A DNA stretch of 64,000 bases from Frankiaceae bacterium (GTDB lineage Bacteria; Actinomycetota; Actinomycetes; Frankiales; Frankiaceae). Positions 18,221 through 26,756 of this stretch are shown here, one piece after another; the first letter of the stretch is position 1, and every line of letters begins with the position of its first letter. The notes under the pieces are model-generated. The model had not been told where the DNA came from and ran no database searches. It saw only the letters and a program-made list of their open reading frames with translations. The position numbers and the translations under genes were made by a program. The stretch lies in the NCBI GenBank assembly GCA_035468175.1, contig DATITC010000016.1:8547-72546 (forward strand), read 5' to 3'.

Positions 18221-19195
18221 CTAGCGGAGCTTCTCCGCCGGCAGCAGGCGGGCGAGGGCGCGGACCGCACGGTATTGCAGCGCCTTGATGGCGCCATCGT
18301 TCTTACCCATGATCAGCGCGGTCTCGCTCACCGACAGCCCCTGCAGGAAGCGCAGCACGATGCACTCCTGCTGCTCCGCGTTCAGCTGGCGAACCGCGTC
18401 GAAAAGCGTCTCGTTGGTGAGCGCGTCGAGCACCTGCTTCTCAGGGCCGTCCGCGGTCTGTGGGGGTGCGGCGTCGAGGATGTCCTCGGTCGTGATCTCG
18501 AGGCGGTAGCGGCCCGACTTGTAATGGTCGGCGATGAGGTTGCGAGCGATGGTGACGAGCCAGGCGGCGAAGTCGCGGCCCTGCCAGCTGAAGCTGTCGA
18601 TCCGCCGGAGCGCCCGCAGGAACGTCTCGCTCGCCAGGTCCTCGGCCAGGGCGACGCCCCCGACGCGGTAGTAGATGTAGCGGTAGACGAGATCGAGGTA
18701 GCGGTCGTAGAGCAACCCGAAGGCGTCCGCCTCGCCGGTCTGCGCCCGCGCGACCAAGTCGGCGACGGCGGCGTCCGGGATGTCGGGGGACTCGTCGACC
18801 GGCTTGGCCGGCTCGGCGGAGGACAGCTCCGCGGTCGGCTGCGGCTGCGGCGGTGTCGGCGGAGCCACCGGTGGTGGCGTCCCTCGTCCGTCGACGGCAT
18901 GCAACATCCCGCTCGACGACTCCGTCGGCTCCGGGACCGATCCCACGTCGCCCGACGCCGGCACGGAATCGCTGATCGTTCGCGGAGCCGCTGTGCCGAG
19001 CCGGGGTTGGGCCGATGGGGTGGCGTGCCGCTTCGACGAACCCACCGGGGTCTCGGTCCCGGCCAGACCATCGCCCCGGGAGCGGCCGTCGAGCCCGGCA
19101 CGTCGGCGGGGAGCCGTCCGGAAGCGGACGATCTCCTCGTTGAGCTCGGCGAGGCCGAGCAGCGGAGGCTGTCCGCGCGCGCAGCGACGCGCCAT
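18221..19195 (-). CDS. ECF RNA polymerase sigma factor, BldN-like, with a long N-terminal extension
   Basis: YDRYLDLVYRYIYYRVGG...FLRALRRIDSFSWQGRDFAAWLVTIARNLIADHYKS...QQECIVLRFLQGLSVSETALIMGKNDGAIKALQYRAVRALARLLP closely resembles Streptomyces BldN as I remember it. About 130 aa of Pro-rich sequence precede region 2, so the start is uncertain. Confidence 0.8.
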   Translation of the reverse strand: MARRCARGQPPLLGLAELNEEIVRFRTAPRRRAGLDGRSRGDGLAGTETPVGSSKRHATPSAQPRLGTAAPRTISDSVPASGDVGSVPEPTESSSGMLHAVDGRGTPPPVAPPTPPQPQPTAELSSAEPAKPVDESPDIPDAAVADLVARAQTGEADAFGLLYDRYLDLVYRYIYYRVGGVALAEDLASETFLRALRRIDSFSWQGRDFAAWLVTIARNLIADHYKSGRYRLEITTEDILDAAPPQTADGPEKQVLDALTNETLFDAVRQLNAEQQECIVLRFLQGLSVSETALIMGKNDGAIKALQYRAVRALARLLPAEKLR

Positions 19196-19414
19196 CAGCG
19201 GACCAACCGCGGATCGCGTTCGGCCAGGGACGCCGTAGTCCCCGGGTACTGGGCGTACATAGGACTCCCGGCGTGCTGCTGGGTTCAGTCTCGGGACTCG
19301 CGAGGTAGGTTACGTCCCCCCTGGAACGGGTTCCCAACCGCTGCCGTCACGGCAACGGGGGGAAACGCTCGCGAACGCCCCCGCCGACCAGCACGATCGC
19401 GCTACGGTCCTGCC

Positions 19415-21532
19415 ATGAGCGGCTCCGGGCCGGTGTCGGCGGCAAGGCTCGGCCTGCCCGCGCCGCGGCAGGAGTCGGTGCGGTCGGCCGAGCCGACACC
19501 GGACGGTGCCGTGACTCGCTCCGAGGTCCCCACCGAGGCGCACGCCGCCGTCGTCGACGACCCCGCGGACACCGGATCGGACCGCGTCGCGGTTGACCTG
19601 CTCGAACTCCTCGGGGCGGGTAGCCCCGGCCCCGGGCCGTCCGGCTCCGAACCGCCGGGCAGCGAACTGGGCGACTTCGAACCGCATCAGCACTTCGAAC
19701 CGCATCAGGTCGGACCGCCCCGCATCGAAGCCGAGCCCATCACCCGCACCAATGGGGTCTGGCTCTGGCTGTGGGGCCCGCTGCTGGTCGCGGTCGTCGT
19801 GGTCTCTTTCCTCGGCGGGATGGTCTCGGCGCCAGTGGCGTTGCCGTCGGCGGCGCAGGCGCACCCGGCGGCCATCGTCGACGTACGCGGTCGGCCACTC
19901 GACACCGTCGACCCTCCCGCCTCGGCCGAGCAGCTCCCGGCCGACCAACTGCCGGAGCTGCTGCTGCGGTCCGTCGTCGCCGTCCAGGACCCGGGGTACT
20001 TCTCGCGACGCAGCCTCTCCGCCGCCGACCTGGTGAAGGCCGGAGCCGCTGACGTCATGCGGGTCCGGCGGCGCGGGACCACCATCGAGGAGCGCTACGC
20101 CCGGCAGGTCGGGGTGGCCGCTGGGTCCCAGCTGCCGTCGCTGCGGGAGTCGACCGTCGCCGTGCGGCTTTCCCAGCGTCTCTCCCGCCGAGCGCTGCTG
20201 ACCCGCTACGTCAACGGCATGTACTTCGGCAACGGGGTCTACGGAATCGCGGCTGCGGCCCGCTTCTACTTCGGCGTCCAGGTGACGTCGCTCGACGCCG
20301 CCCAGATCGGACTGCTGGTGGGTGTCGCGGACGATCCGTCCCGGCACAACCCGGTGACCGCTCCGGCCCAAGCGATCCACGCGCAACAGTCGGCGCTCGG
20401 AGCCATGCGGGACGCCGGTCTGCTGACCCCTGCCCAGACCGACGCCGCCGTGCGCGAGCCGGTGGACGCGCGGGCGCACCGGCAGCTGGAGCGACCGTCG
20501 GCGGCACCCGACTTCACGGCCCTCGTCGAATCGTCGCTGCTCTCCCGCTTCGGCGACGACGTCGTCTACGGCCAGGACCTCCAGGTCGTCACACCGCTTG
20601 ACCTGGACCTGCAGACGGCGCTGGGTGAGACGGTGCGCCGCCTGGTGCCGACCAACGTTCCCGCGGTGCTCGCGGTGGCCACCGATCCGCGCAGTGGCGA
20701 CATCCGCGCGATGCTCAACCGGGGACCGAGTTCGTCGGCCACCGGGCCGGAGGGTGCCAGCGACGTGCTGTTCAGCCGTCGTCCGCTGGGAACCCTGGCC
20801 GGCGCGCTGCCGACTCGGGTCGGCGACGGAGGGTCGGCCAGCCTTGGTGAGGTCGCCGCCGCGGTCGGCGCGGTCGCCGCCGACGGCATCCGGCACGACC
20901 TGCGCCCGCTGACCGGCGTCACCCGTCCCGCCGCCGCCGGCCGCCCGGCCGAAATACTCGACCTCGCCGACCCGCTGCCGGTCGGGCGGCAGATTCTGGC
21001 TCGGGACGCCGCCTCCTCGGTCACCGGGACCTACCGGGCCACCGCACGCGCCGGCGGGTCGGAGGCGGCGGGACTGCCCTTCGCGCTCGCCGTCGTCGCG
21101 GGCACGACGAACGGGCAGAGCTGGTACATCGGTTGCGTCCCCGACCTCTGCCTGACCGTCTGGACCGGCGCCCCCGGCGTCGATCTGCCCGCGTCGATCG
21201 TTGTCCAGACCTTCCGGCAGTACCTCGCCGCCGCCCCCGGGCGGATCACCCTCCCGAGCCTCCCGCAGCCCCCGGCGGAATCGCAGCGGCCCGCTTCGAC
21301 GCCGGTCGTGACCACGACGCCCGCACCCACGCCGACGAGCACGGTCCCCCTGAGCCCGGCTCCGTCCGTGGCTCCCACCGGCAAGGCGCGCCCAAGCGTC
21401 ACTCCGACCCCGACCGGCAGCACGCCGACGCCGAAGCCCTCCCCGTCGCCGGGCACCGGCGCCGCCGGAGGGGACGCCGCCGGGCCGCCGAACGGAACGG
21501 GAACGACGCCTCACGATCGGACCGGAACGTGA
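19415..21532 (+). CDS. class-A penicillin-binding-protein-like membrane protein with degenerate GT51 and transpeptidase motifs
   Basis: ATG 19415 inside track ORF 18182..21532, whose 5' 1.2 kb is antisense to the sigma gene. TM segment GVWLWLWGPLLVAVVVVSFLGG. GT51 scaffold YVNGMYFGNGVYGIAAAARFYFG. TP scaffold ATDPRSGDIRAM. Pro/Thr-rich tail. Confidence 0.75.
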   Translation: MSGSGPVSAARLGLPAPRQESVRSAEPTPDGAVTRSEVPTEAHAAVVDDPADTGSDRVAVDLLELLGAGSPGPGPSGSEPPGSELGDFEPHQHFEPHQVGPPRIEAEPITRTNGVWLWLWGPLLVAVVVVSFLGGMVSAPVALPSAAQAHPAAIVDVRGRPLDTVDPPASAEQLPADQLPELLLRSVVAVQDPGYFSRRSLSAADLVKAGAADVMRVRRRGTTIEERYARQVGVAAGSQLPSLRESTVAVRLSQRLSRRALLTRYVNGMYFGNGVYGIAAAARFYFGVQVTSLDAAQIGLLVGVADDPSRHNPVTAPAQAIHAQQSALGAMRDAGLLTPAQTDAAVREPVDARAHRQLERPSAAPDFTALVESSLLSRFGDDVVYGQDLQVVTPLDLDLQTALGETVRRLVPTNVPAVLAVATDPRSGDIRAMLNRGPSSSATGPEGASDVLFSRRPLGTLAGALPTRVGDGGSASLGEVAAAVGAVAADGIRHDLRPLTGVTRPAAAGRPAEILDLADPLPVGRQILARDAASSVTGTYRATARAGGSEAAGLPFALAVVAGTTNGQSWYIGCVPDLCLTVWTGAPGVDLPASIVVQTFRQYLAAAPGRITLPSLPQPPAESQRPASTPVVTTTPAPTPTSTVPLSPAPSVAPTGKARPSVTPTPTGSTPTPKPSPSPGTGAAGGDAAGPPNGTGTTPHDRTGT

Positions 21533-21629
21533 TCCCCAGCCACGGCGCTCCGGTGTGTAAGACTTCCGCGCTGCCGGGCCGCCGACTCACCAGCTCGGGA
21601 CGCGAGCCCAGGTAGGAAGGCGGTCTCAG

Positions 21630-23198
21630 GTGTCGGAGCACGGGAACGACGACCCCGCGATGCGCAATGTCGCGGACCTCGTCCGGGCCGCCGGCCGCAC
21701 AGCCGGGGACAAGACCGCCTTGATCGACGGGGCCCGTTCGATCAGCTGGTCCGCCCTCGACGCCGAGGTCGACCGTGCGGCCGCCGCGTTCGTCGGCCTG
21801 GGCCTCGCACCCGGCTCGCGCGTCGCGCTCGCGCTCGGCAACACCCTCGACTTCCCGGTGGCTTACTTCGGTGTGCTGCGGGCCGGACTCGTCGCGCTGC
21901 CGGTCAACCCGGGCAACACCGCCCGGGAGTTCTCCCACGTGCTCGATGACTCCGGGGCCGCCGTGCTCGTCGCCGGACCAACCGCGCTGGACGCGGTCGA
22001 ATCCGCCATCACCGACCGAGCCGACCTGTTGGTCCTCGGTGCGGGTGGCGCGACGCCGGTGTCGGGTCGCCGCTTCGAGGATCTGCTCGCCGACCAGGCT
22101 TCCGGCCAGCGGCCCCAGGGCGAGGCCGTCGGTGTCGACGACCTCGCGGTGCTCATCTACACCTCGGGCACGTCCGGCCGTCCCCGTGGCGCGATGCTCT
22201 CGCACCGGGCGTTGCTCGCCGACCTCGCCCACGTCAGCCGGATCGAGCCGCCGCCGACGCGCGCCGACGACGTCGTGCTGCTGGTGCTGCCGCTGTTCCA
22301 CATCTTCGGTCTCAACACGGGGCTCGGGATGGTCGCCGCGGCCGGGGCGACCGGTGTGCTGGTCGACCGCTTCGACCCGGCGGGTTCGGCCGAGCTGATC
22401 CGGCGGCACGCGGTGACCAGCCTGGTCGGAGCTCCGCCGATGTACGTCGCCTGGTCGCTCCTCCCCGGCACGGGCGAGGCGTTCGCCTCGGTGCGGCTGG
22501 CCGTGTCCGGCGCGGCCCCGCTGCCGGTGGACGCGCTCCAACGCTTCCGGGTCCAGACCGGACTTCGGGTGCACGAGGGCTACGGGCTCACTGAGACCGC
22601 GCCGAGCGTGACGAGCACGTTGTGCAGCTTCGAACCGAAGGCGGGGTCCATCGGCCGGCCCGTCCCCGGGGTCGAGGTGTCGCTGGTCGACGCCTCGGGA
22701 GCCGAGGTCGACCCGGACGACCCGGGCGAAATCAGGGTGCGGGGCGGCAACCTGTTCTCCGGCTACTGGCCGGACGGTCGCGAGGGACCGGACGCCGAGG
22801 GGTGGTGGTGCACCGGGGACGTCGCCGTGGCGGACGGCGCCGGCGACCTGACCCTGGTCGACCGTCGCCGCGAGCTGATTCTGGTCAGCGGGTTCAACGT
22901 CTATCCGCGAGAGGTGGAGTCGGTCCTCGCCACCCATCCGGACGTGGCCGAGGTCGCCGTCCTCGCGATGCCGCATCCCTACACCGGTTCGGCGGTCAAG
23001 GCGATCGTCGTCCCACGGCGCGAGTCGGACGGGACACCCGTTCCCGTCTCGACGGAGGCGCTGCTCGTGTATGCGGGCACGTATCTGGCGCGCTTCAAGT
23101 GCCCTACCAGCATCGAGATCGTCGACGCGCTGCCGTACACCGCCACGGGCAAGATCGCCAAGGGGCAGCTCCGGGAAGCGTCGGGGTCGCCGTTCTGA
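21630..23198 (+). CDS. AMP-dependent synthetase / acyl-CoA ligase (FadD-like)
   Basis: LIYTSGTSGRPRGAML AMP-binding motif, GYGLTET, and C-terminal TATGKIAKGQLR. Confidence 0.9.
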   Translation: MSEHGNDDPAMRNVADLVRAAGRTAGDKTALIDGARSISWSALDAEVDRAAAAFVGLGLAPGSRVALALGNTLDFPVAYFGVLRAGLVALPVNPGNTAREFSHVLDDSGAAVLVAGPTALDAVESAITDRADLLVLGAGGATPVSGRRFEDLLADQASGQRPQGEAVGVDDLAVLIYTSGTSGRPRGAMLSHRALLADLAHVSRIEPPPTRADDVVLLVLPLFHIFGLNTGLGMVAAAGATGVLVDRFDPAGSAELIRRHAVTSLVGAPPMYVAWSLLPGTGEAFASVRLAVSGAAPLPVDALQRFRVQTGLRVHEGYGLTETAPSVTSTLCSFEPKAGSIGRPVPGVEVSLVDASGAEVDPDDPGEIRVRGGNLFSGYWPDGREGPDAEGWWCTGDVAVADGAGDLTLVDRRRELILVSGFNVYPREVESVLATHPDVAEVAVLAMPHPYTGSAVKAIVVPRRESDGTPVPVSTEALLVYAGTYLARFKCPTSIEIVDALPYTATGKIAKGQLREASGSPF

Positions 23199-23461
23199 GC
23201 CTGCCCGACCGGCCATGCCGGATCCGCCTGCTGACCAGGCCGGGGTGTTCGCTGTGCGCTGCTGCGCGGGAAAGCGTGGCGACGATCGCGGCCGACGCGG
23301 ACGTCGACTGGGACGAGCGGGACGTCGACGCCGATCCCGACCTGGCCGACGAGTACGGCGACCGGGTGCCGGTGGTCCTGCTGGACGGTGCGGAGCACGC
23401 CTACTGGCGGGTCGACGAGCAGCGGCTCCGCAACGCGTTGCAAGGCCGGCGCACCTACTGA
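23195..23461 (+). CDS. glutaredoxin-like protein (Rv0508/DUF836-like); start codon unresolved
   Basis: RIRLLTRPGCSLCAAARE...PVVLLDGAEHAYWRVDEQRL thioredoxin-fold CxxC motif. The frame is open far upstream but has no ATG/GTG/TTG near the homologous N-terminus. CTG 23195 overlaps the fadD TGA. Confidence 0.7.
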   Translation: MSLPDRPCRIRLLTRPGCSLCAAARESVATIAADADVDWDERDVDADPDLADEYGDRVPVVLLDGAEHAYWRVDEQRLRNALQGRRTY

Positions 23462-23626
23462 CGCGGGGGCGAACGTGATCGCCCGTGTTCACGCAGGGTG
23501 AGCGAAGCAACCCCTCGCGGCCGGGTTACCGGCGGTACTGTAAGAGGGACCGCGTCGATTCGTCGAGCCGATTCCGGCTCCTTGGATCGGACGACGGTTC
23601 ACGTCGTCGAGCGAGGAGCGGGACGG

Positions 23627-24358
23627 GTGAGCGCAGCGCGGAGCGGGGCCGGCCGTCCGGCCGTCCCGCCGGCCACCGTGGCGCGGCTACCTCTCTACCT
23701 GCGGGCTCTGACTGCTCTCCTGGACGACGGGATGCCGACCGTTTCGAGTGAGGCGCTGGCCGCCGCCGTCGGCGTCACCGGCGCCAAGGTTCGTAAGGAC
23801 CTGAGCCAACTCGGCAGCTACGGCACGCGAGGAGTCGGGTACGACGTGGCCTCCCTGACCGACGAGATCAGCCGTGAGTTGGGACTCACTCAGAACCGCT
23901 CTGTCGTGCTGGTCGGCGTCGGCAACCTGGGGCGCGCCCTGGCCGGCTACGGCGGTTTCGCCGCCCGTGGCTTCCGCGTCGCCGGCCTGCTCGACGTTGA
24001 CCCGCGCCGGGTCGGTGAGGTGTTCGGAGGCGTCCGGGTCCGACCGCTCGAGGAGCTCGAGCAGGTGGTGCAGGACGCCGGCACCCCCATTGGCGTAATC
24101 GCGACGCCTGCCGGAGCCGCTCAGGGGGTGTGTGACCGCATGGTCGCCTGCGGGGTCCGCAGCATCCTCAACTTCGCCCCCGTCGTGCTCGTCGTGCCCG
24201 CCGGCGTCGAACTGCGCAAGGTCGATCTCGCGGTCGAACTGCAGATCCTGTCCTTCCACGAGGCCCGCCGGGTACCGGAGCTGGTCGACCCGGCACGACC
24301 GATCGCGATCACTCCGGCCCGGTCGGCGCCGGCCGCTTCGGGGGTGCTGGTCCGATGA
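23627..24358 (+). CDS. rex: redox-sensing transcriptional repressor Rex
   Basis: [13 protein letters not shown]...[23 protein letters not shown]...[16 protein letters not shown] 23627 lies 8 nt after GAGGAG. ATGA overlap with hemA. Confidence 0.92.
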   Translation: MSAARSGAGRPAVPPATVARLPLYLRALTALLDDGMPTVSSEALAAAVGVTGAKVRKDLSQLGSYGTRGVGYDVASLTDEISRELGLTQNRSVVLVGVGNLGRALAGYGGFAARGFRVAGLLDVDPRRVGEVFGGVRVRPLEELEQVVQDAGTPIGVIATPAGAAQGVCDRMVACGVRSILNFAPVVLVVPAGVELRKVDLAVELQILSFHEARRVPELVDPARPIAITPARSAPAASGVLVR

Positions 24359-25764
24359 GCCTGCTCGTCGTCGGTCTCAACCACCGCACTGCCCCGACCT
24401 CGGTGCTCGAGCGCGCCACCGTGGGTCCGGACGACGCCGAGAAGCTGCTGCACGACCTGCTCCAGGGTGAGCACGTGGCCGAAGCGGTGCTCGTCTCCAC
24501 CTGCAACCGCGTCGAGGTGTTCGCCGAGACGGCGACCTTCCACGGCGGGCTCACCGAGATCAGCGACCAGCTCGCCCGGGTCAGCGGGCTCCCGTTGGAG
24601 GAGCTGACCCCCTGCCTGTACGTGCACCACGAGGCCCGGGCCGTGGCGCACCTGTTCGCCGTGGTCTGCGGTCTCGACTCGATGCTGGTCGGCGAGGCTC
24701 AGATCCTCGGCCAGGTTCGCGCGGCCTACAAGCTTGCGAGCACGGAGGGCAGTACCGGCCGGTCGCTGTCCGTCCTGTTCCGTGAGGCCCTTCGCGTCGG
24801 CAAGCGCGCACACAGCGAGACCCGGATCGACGAGGCAGCCGCCTCGCTGGTCGGGGTGGCCGTCGACTCCGCCCGCGACACGCTCGGCGGGCTCACGGGG
24901 CGGTCGGTGCTCATCGTTGGAGCCGGCTCCACCGGAGCGCTCGCCGGCCACGTGCTCATGCGCGCCCACGTGGGTGCGGTCACCGTCGCCAACCGCACCC
25001 CCGAGCGGGGCGCCCGCTTGGCCGCGGCCCTGCAGGGTTCCGCCATCGGGCTGCGCGACGACGAACTCACCGCGGCGATCGCCGAGGCCGACGTCGTCGT
25101 CACCGCCACCGGCTCCACCGCCCCGGTGCTGCCGGCGGTGGTGATCCGGGACGCGCTCGAGCAGCGCGCCGCGGCAGGCCGCCCGCTCGACGAGCACCCG
25201 CTTGTGCTGCTGGACCTGGCCCTCCCGCGCGACGTCGATCCCGCCGTCCGGAACCTCCCCGGGGTGGCGCTGGTCGACCTCGAGGGGTTGCGCGCCGTAC
25301 TGGCGTCCGGCCGGGTCGGCGCGGACGTCGAGTCCGTTCGCACCTTGGTGGCCGACGAGGTCATCGCTTTCTGCAGCCGGCAGCGAGCCCTCCGGGTGGC
25401 CCCGACGGTGACTGCCCTGCGTGCGCAGGCCGCCGAGGTGGTCCGGGGCGAGCTCGAGCGGCTCTCCGGGCGCGTGCCCGAACTCGAAGACCGGGAGCGG
25501 ACCGAGGTCGAGTCGACCGTTCGGCGTGTCGTGGACAAACTGCTGCACGCGCCGACCGTGCGGGTCAAGGAGCTGGCGGCGTCGCCGGACGGCGACCGTT
25601 ACGCCGAGGCCCTGCACGAACTATTCGGCCTCGACCGGGCCGCCCCGGGCGCGCTGTCCGTCCCGACCCCGCCGGCGGTGACGCCGGCGGCAGGCACTCC
25701 GGCGGCAGGGACTCCTCCCGAGCCGGACCCAGCCTACGGCGCGTCGGCTTCGGAGGCGCGGTGA
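24355..25764 (+). CDS. hemA: glutamyl-tRNA reductase
   Basis: [14 protein letters not shown]...[11 protein letters not shown] signature; rex-hemA-hemC-hemD order. Confidence 0.95.
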   Translation: MSLLVVGLNHRTAPTSVLERATVGPDDAEKLLHDLLQGEHVAEAVLVSTCNRVEVFAETATFHGGLTEISDQLARVSGLPLEELTPCLYVHHEARAVAHLFAVVCGLDSMLVGEAQILGQVRAAYKLASTEGSTGRSLSVLFREALRVGKRAHSETRIDEAAASLVGVAVDSARDTLGGLTGRSVLIVGAGSTGALAGHVLMRAHVGAVTVANRTPERGARLAAALQGSAIGLRDDELTAAIAEADVVVTATGSTAPVLPAVVIRDALEQRAAAGRPLDEHPLVLLDLALPRDVDPAVRNLPGVALVDLEGLRAVLASGRVGADVESVRTLVADEVIAFCSRQRALRVAPTVTALRAQAAEVVRGELERLSGRVPELEDRERTEVESTVRRVVDKLLHAPTVRVKELAASPDGDRYAEALHELFGLDRAAPGALSVPTPPAVTPAAGTPAAGTPPEPDPAYGASASEAR

Positions 25765-25808
25765 CGGCTCCGGTCGGTACCTGGACCCGGTCCGCAGGAG
25801 TGGCCGGC

Positions 25809-26756
25809 ATGGCCGAGCTGTCCCAGGGCGCTGCGCTCCGACTCGGAACCCGTCGCTCCCGACTGGCGATGGCGCAGTCCCAGCAGGTGGCGGATGCGCT
25901 CGCGAGCCGGCTCGACCGCCCGGTCGAGTTGGTCGAGGTGGTCACGTTCGGCGACCGGTCGACCGAAGCACTCACGCAGATCGGCGGTACCGGAGTCTTC
26001 GTCACCGCGTTGCGGGAGGCGCTGGTGGAACGCCGGGTCGACCTCGCGGTGCACAGCTTGAAGGATCTCCCGACGACTCCCGACCCGGAGCTCGCCATCG
26101 CCGCCGTACCCCCGCGGGAGGACCCGAGGGACGTGCTGGTCAGCCCCAGCGACCGCACGCTCGGCGAGCTGCCATCCGGCTCCCGGATCGGCACCGGGTC
26201 GCCGCGCCGCGCCGCGCAGCTGCGTGCGCTCGGCCTAGGTCTGAAGATCGTCCCGATCCGCGGCAACGTCGACACCCGGATCCGGAAGGCCGTCGACGGC
26301 GAGGTCGATGCGGTCGTGCTGGCGCGGGCCGGCCTCGCGCGGCTCGGCCGCCTCGACGACGTCACCGAGGTGCTCGACCCGCTGCAGCTGCTGCCCGCCT
26401 GCGGGCAGGGGGCGCTCGCCGTCGAGTGCCGGGGGGTCGATGAGGAGCTCGTCGCCGCCATCGCCGCCGTTCTGGACGACCCGGCCACCCGAGCGGCCAC
26501 CGCTGCGGAGCGCAGCCTGCTCGCGGCGCTCGAAGCCGGGTGCACCGCTCCCGTGGGCGGCCTCGCGGACGTCGCGGAGGACGAGGACGGACAGTTCGAG
26601 CTCTACCTGCGCGGCGTCGCCGCCGCCACCGACGGCAGCCGGGCGATCCGGCTGTCCGCGACCGGACCCATCGAAGCGCCCGAGACACTCGGACGCCGAC
26701 TCGCCGCCGACCTGCTCGAAGCAGGCGCGGCCGACCTCCTGGGAGCATCTGCATGA
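25809..26756 (+). CDS. hemC: hydroxymethylbilane synthase (porphobilinogen deaminase)
   Basis: LRLGTRRSRLAMAQS, HSLKDLPT and RGNVDTR motifs. ATG 25809 fits the homologue N-terminus. GTG 25761 (GTGA overlap with hemA) is an alternative. Confidence 0.92.
   Translation: MAELSQGAALRLGTRRSRLAMAQSQQVADALASRLDRPVELVEVVTFGDRSTEALTQIGGTGVFVTALREALVERRVDLAVHSLKDLPTTPDPELAIAAVPPREDPRDVLVSPSDRTLGELPSGSRIGTGSPRRAAQLRALGLGLKIVPIRGNVDTRIRKAVDGEVDAVVLARAGLARLGRLDDVTEVLDPLQLLPACGQGALAVECRGVDEELVAAIAAVLDDPATRAATAAERSLLAALEAGCTAPVGGLADVAEDEDGQFELYLRGVAAATDGSRAIRLSATGPIEAPETLGRRLAADLLEAGAADLLGASA

Noticed and set aside
18182-19414. 5' 1.2 kb of the 1116-aa ORF in the track
   Set aside because: It is exactly antisense to the well-supported BldN-like sigma gene and its translation is Arg/Gly/Leu-rich with no recognisable domain. 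The PBP-like protein begins plausibly at ATG 19415.
23474-23510. Rex operator upstream of rex itself (GTGATCGCCCGTGTTCAC / TGTTCACGCAGGGTGAGC)
   Set aside because: The half-sites are either spaced 10 nt apart instead of 6 or are in the reversed (TTCAC...GTGA) order, so this is not a canonical ROP. It could be a degenerate site, but I cannot support it.
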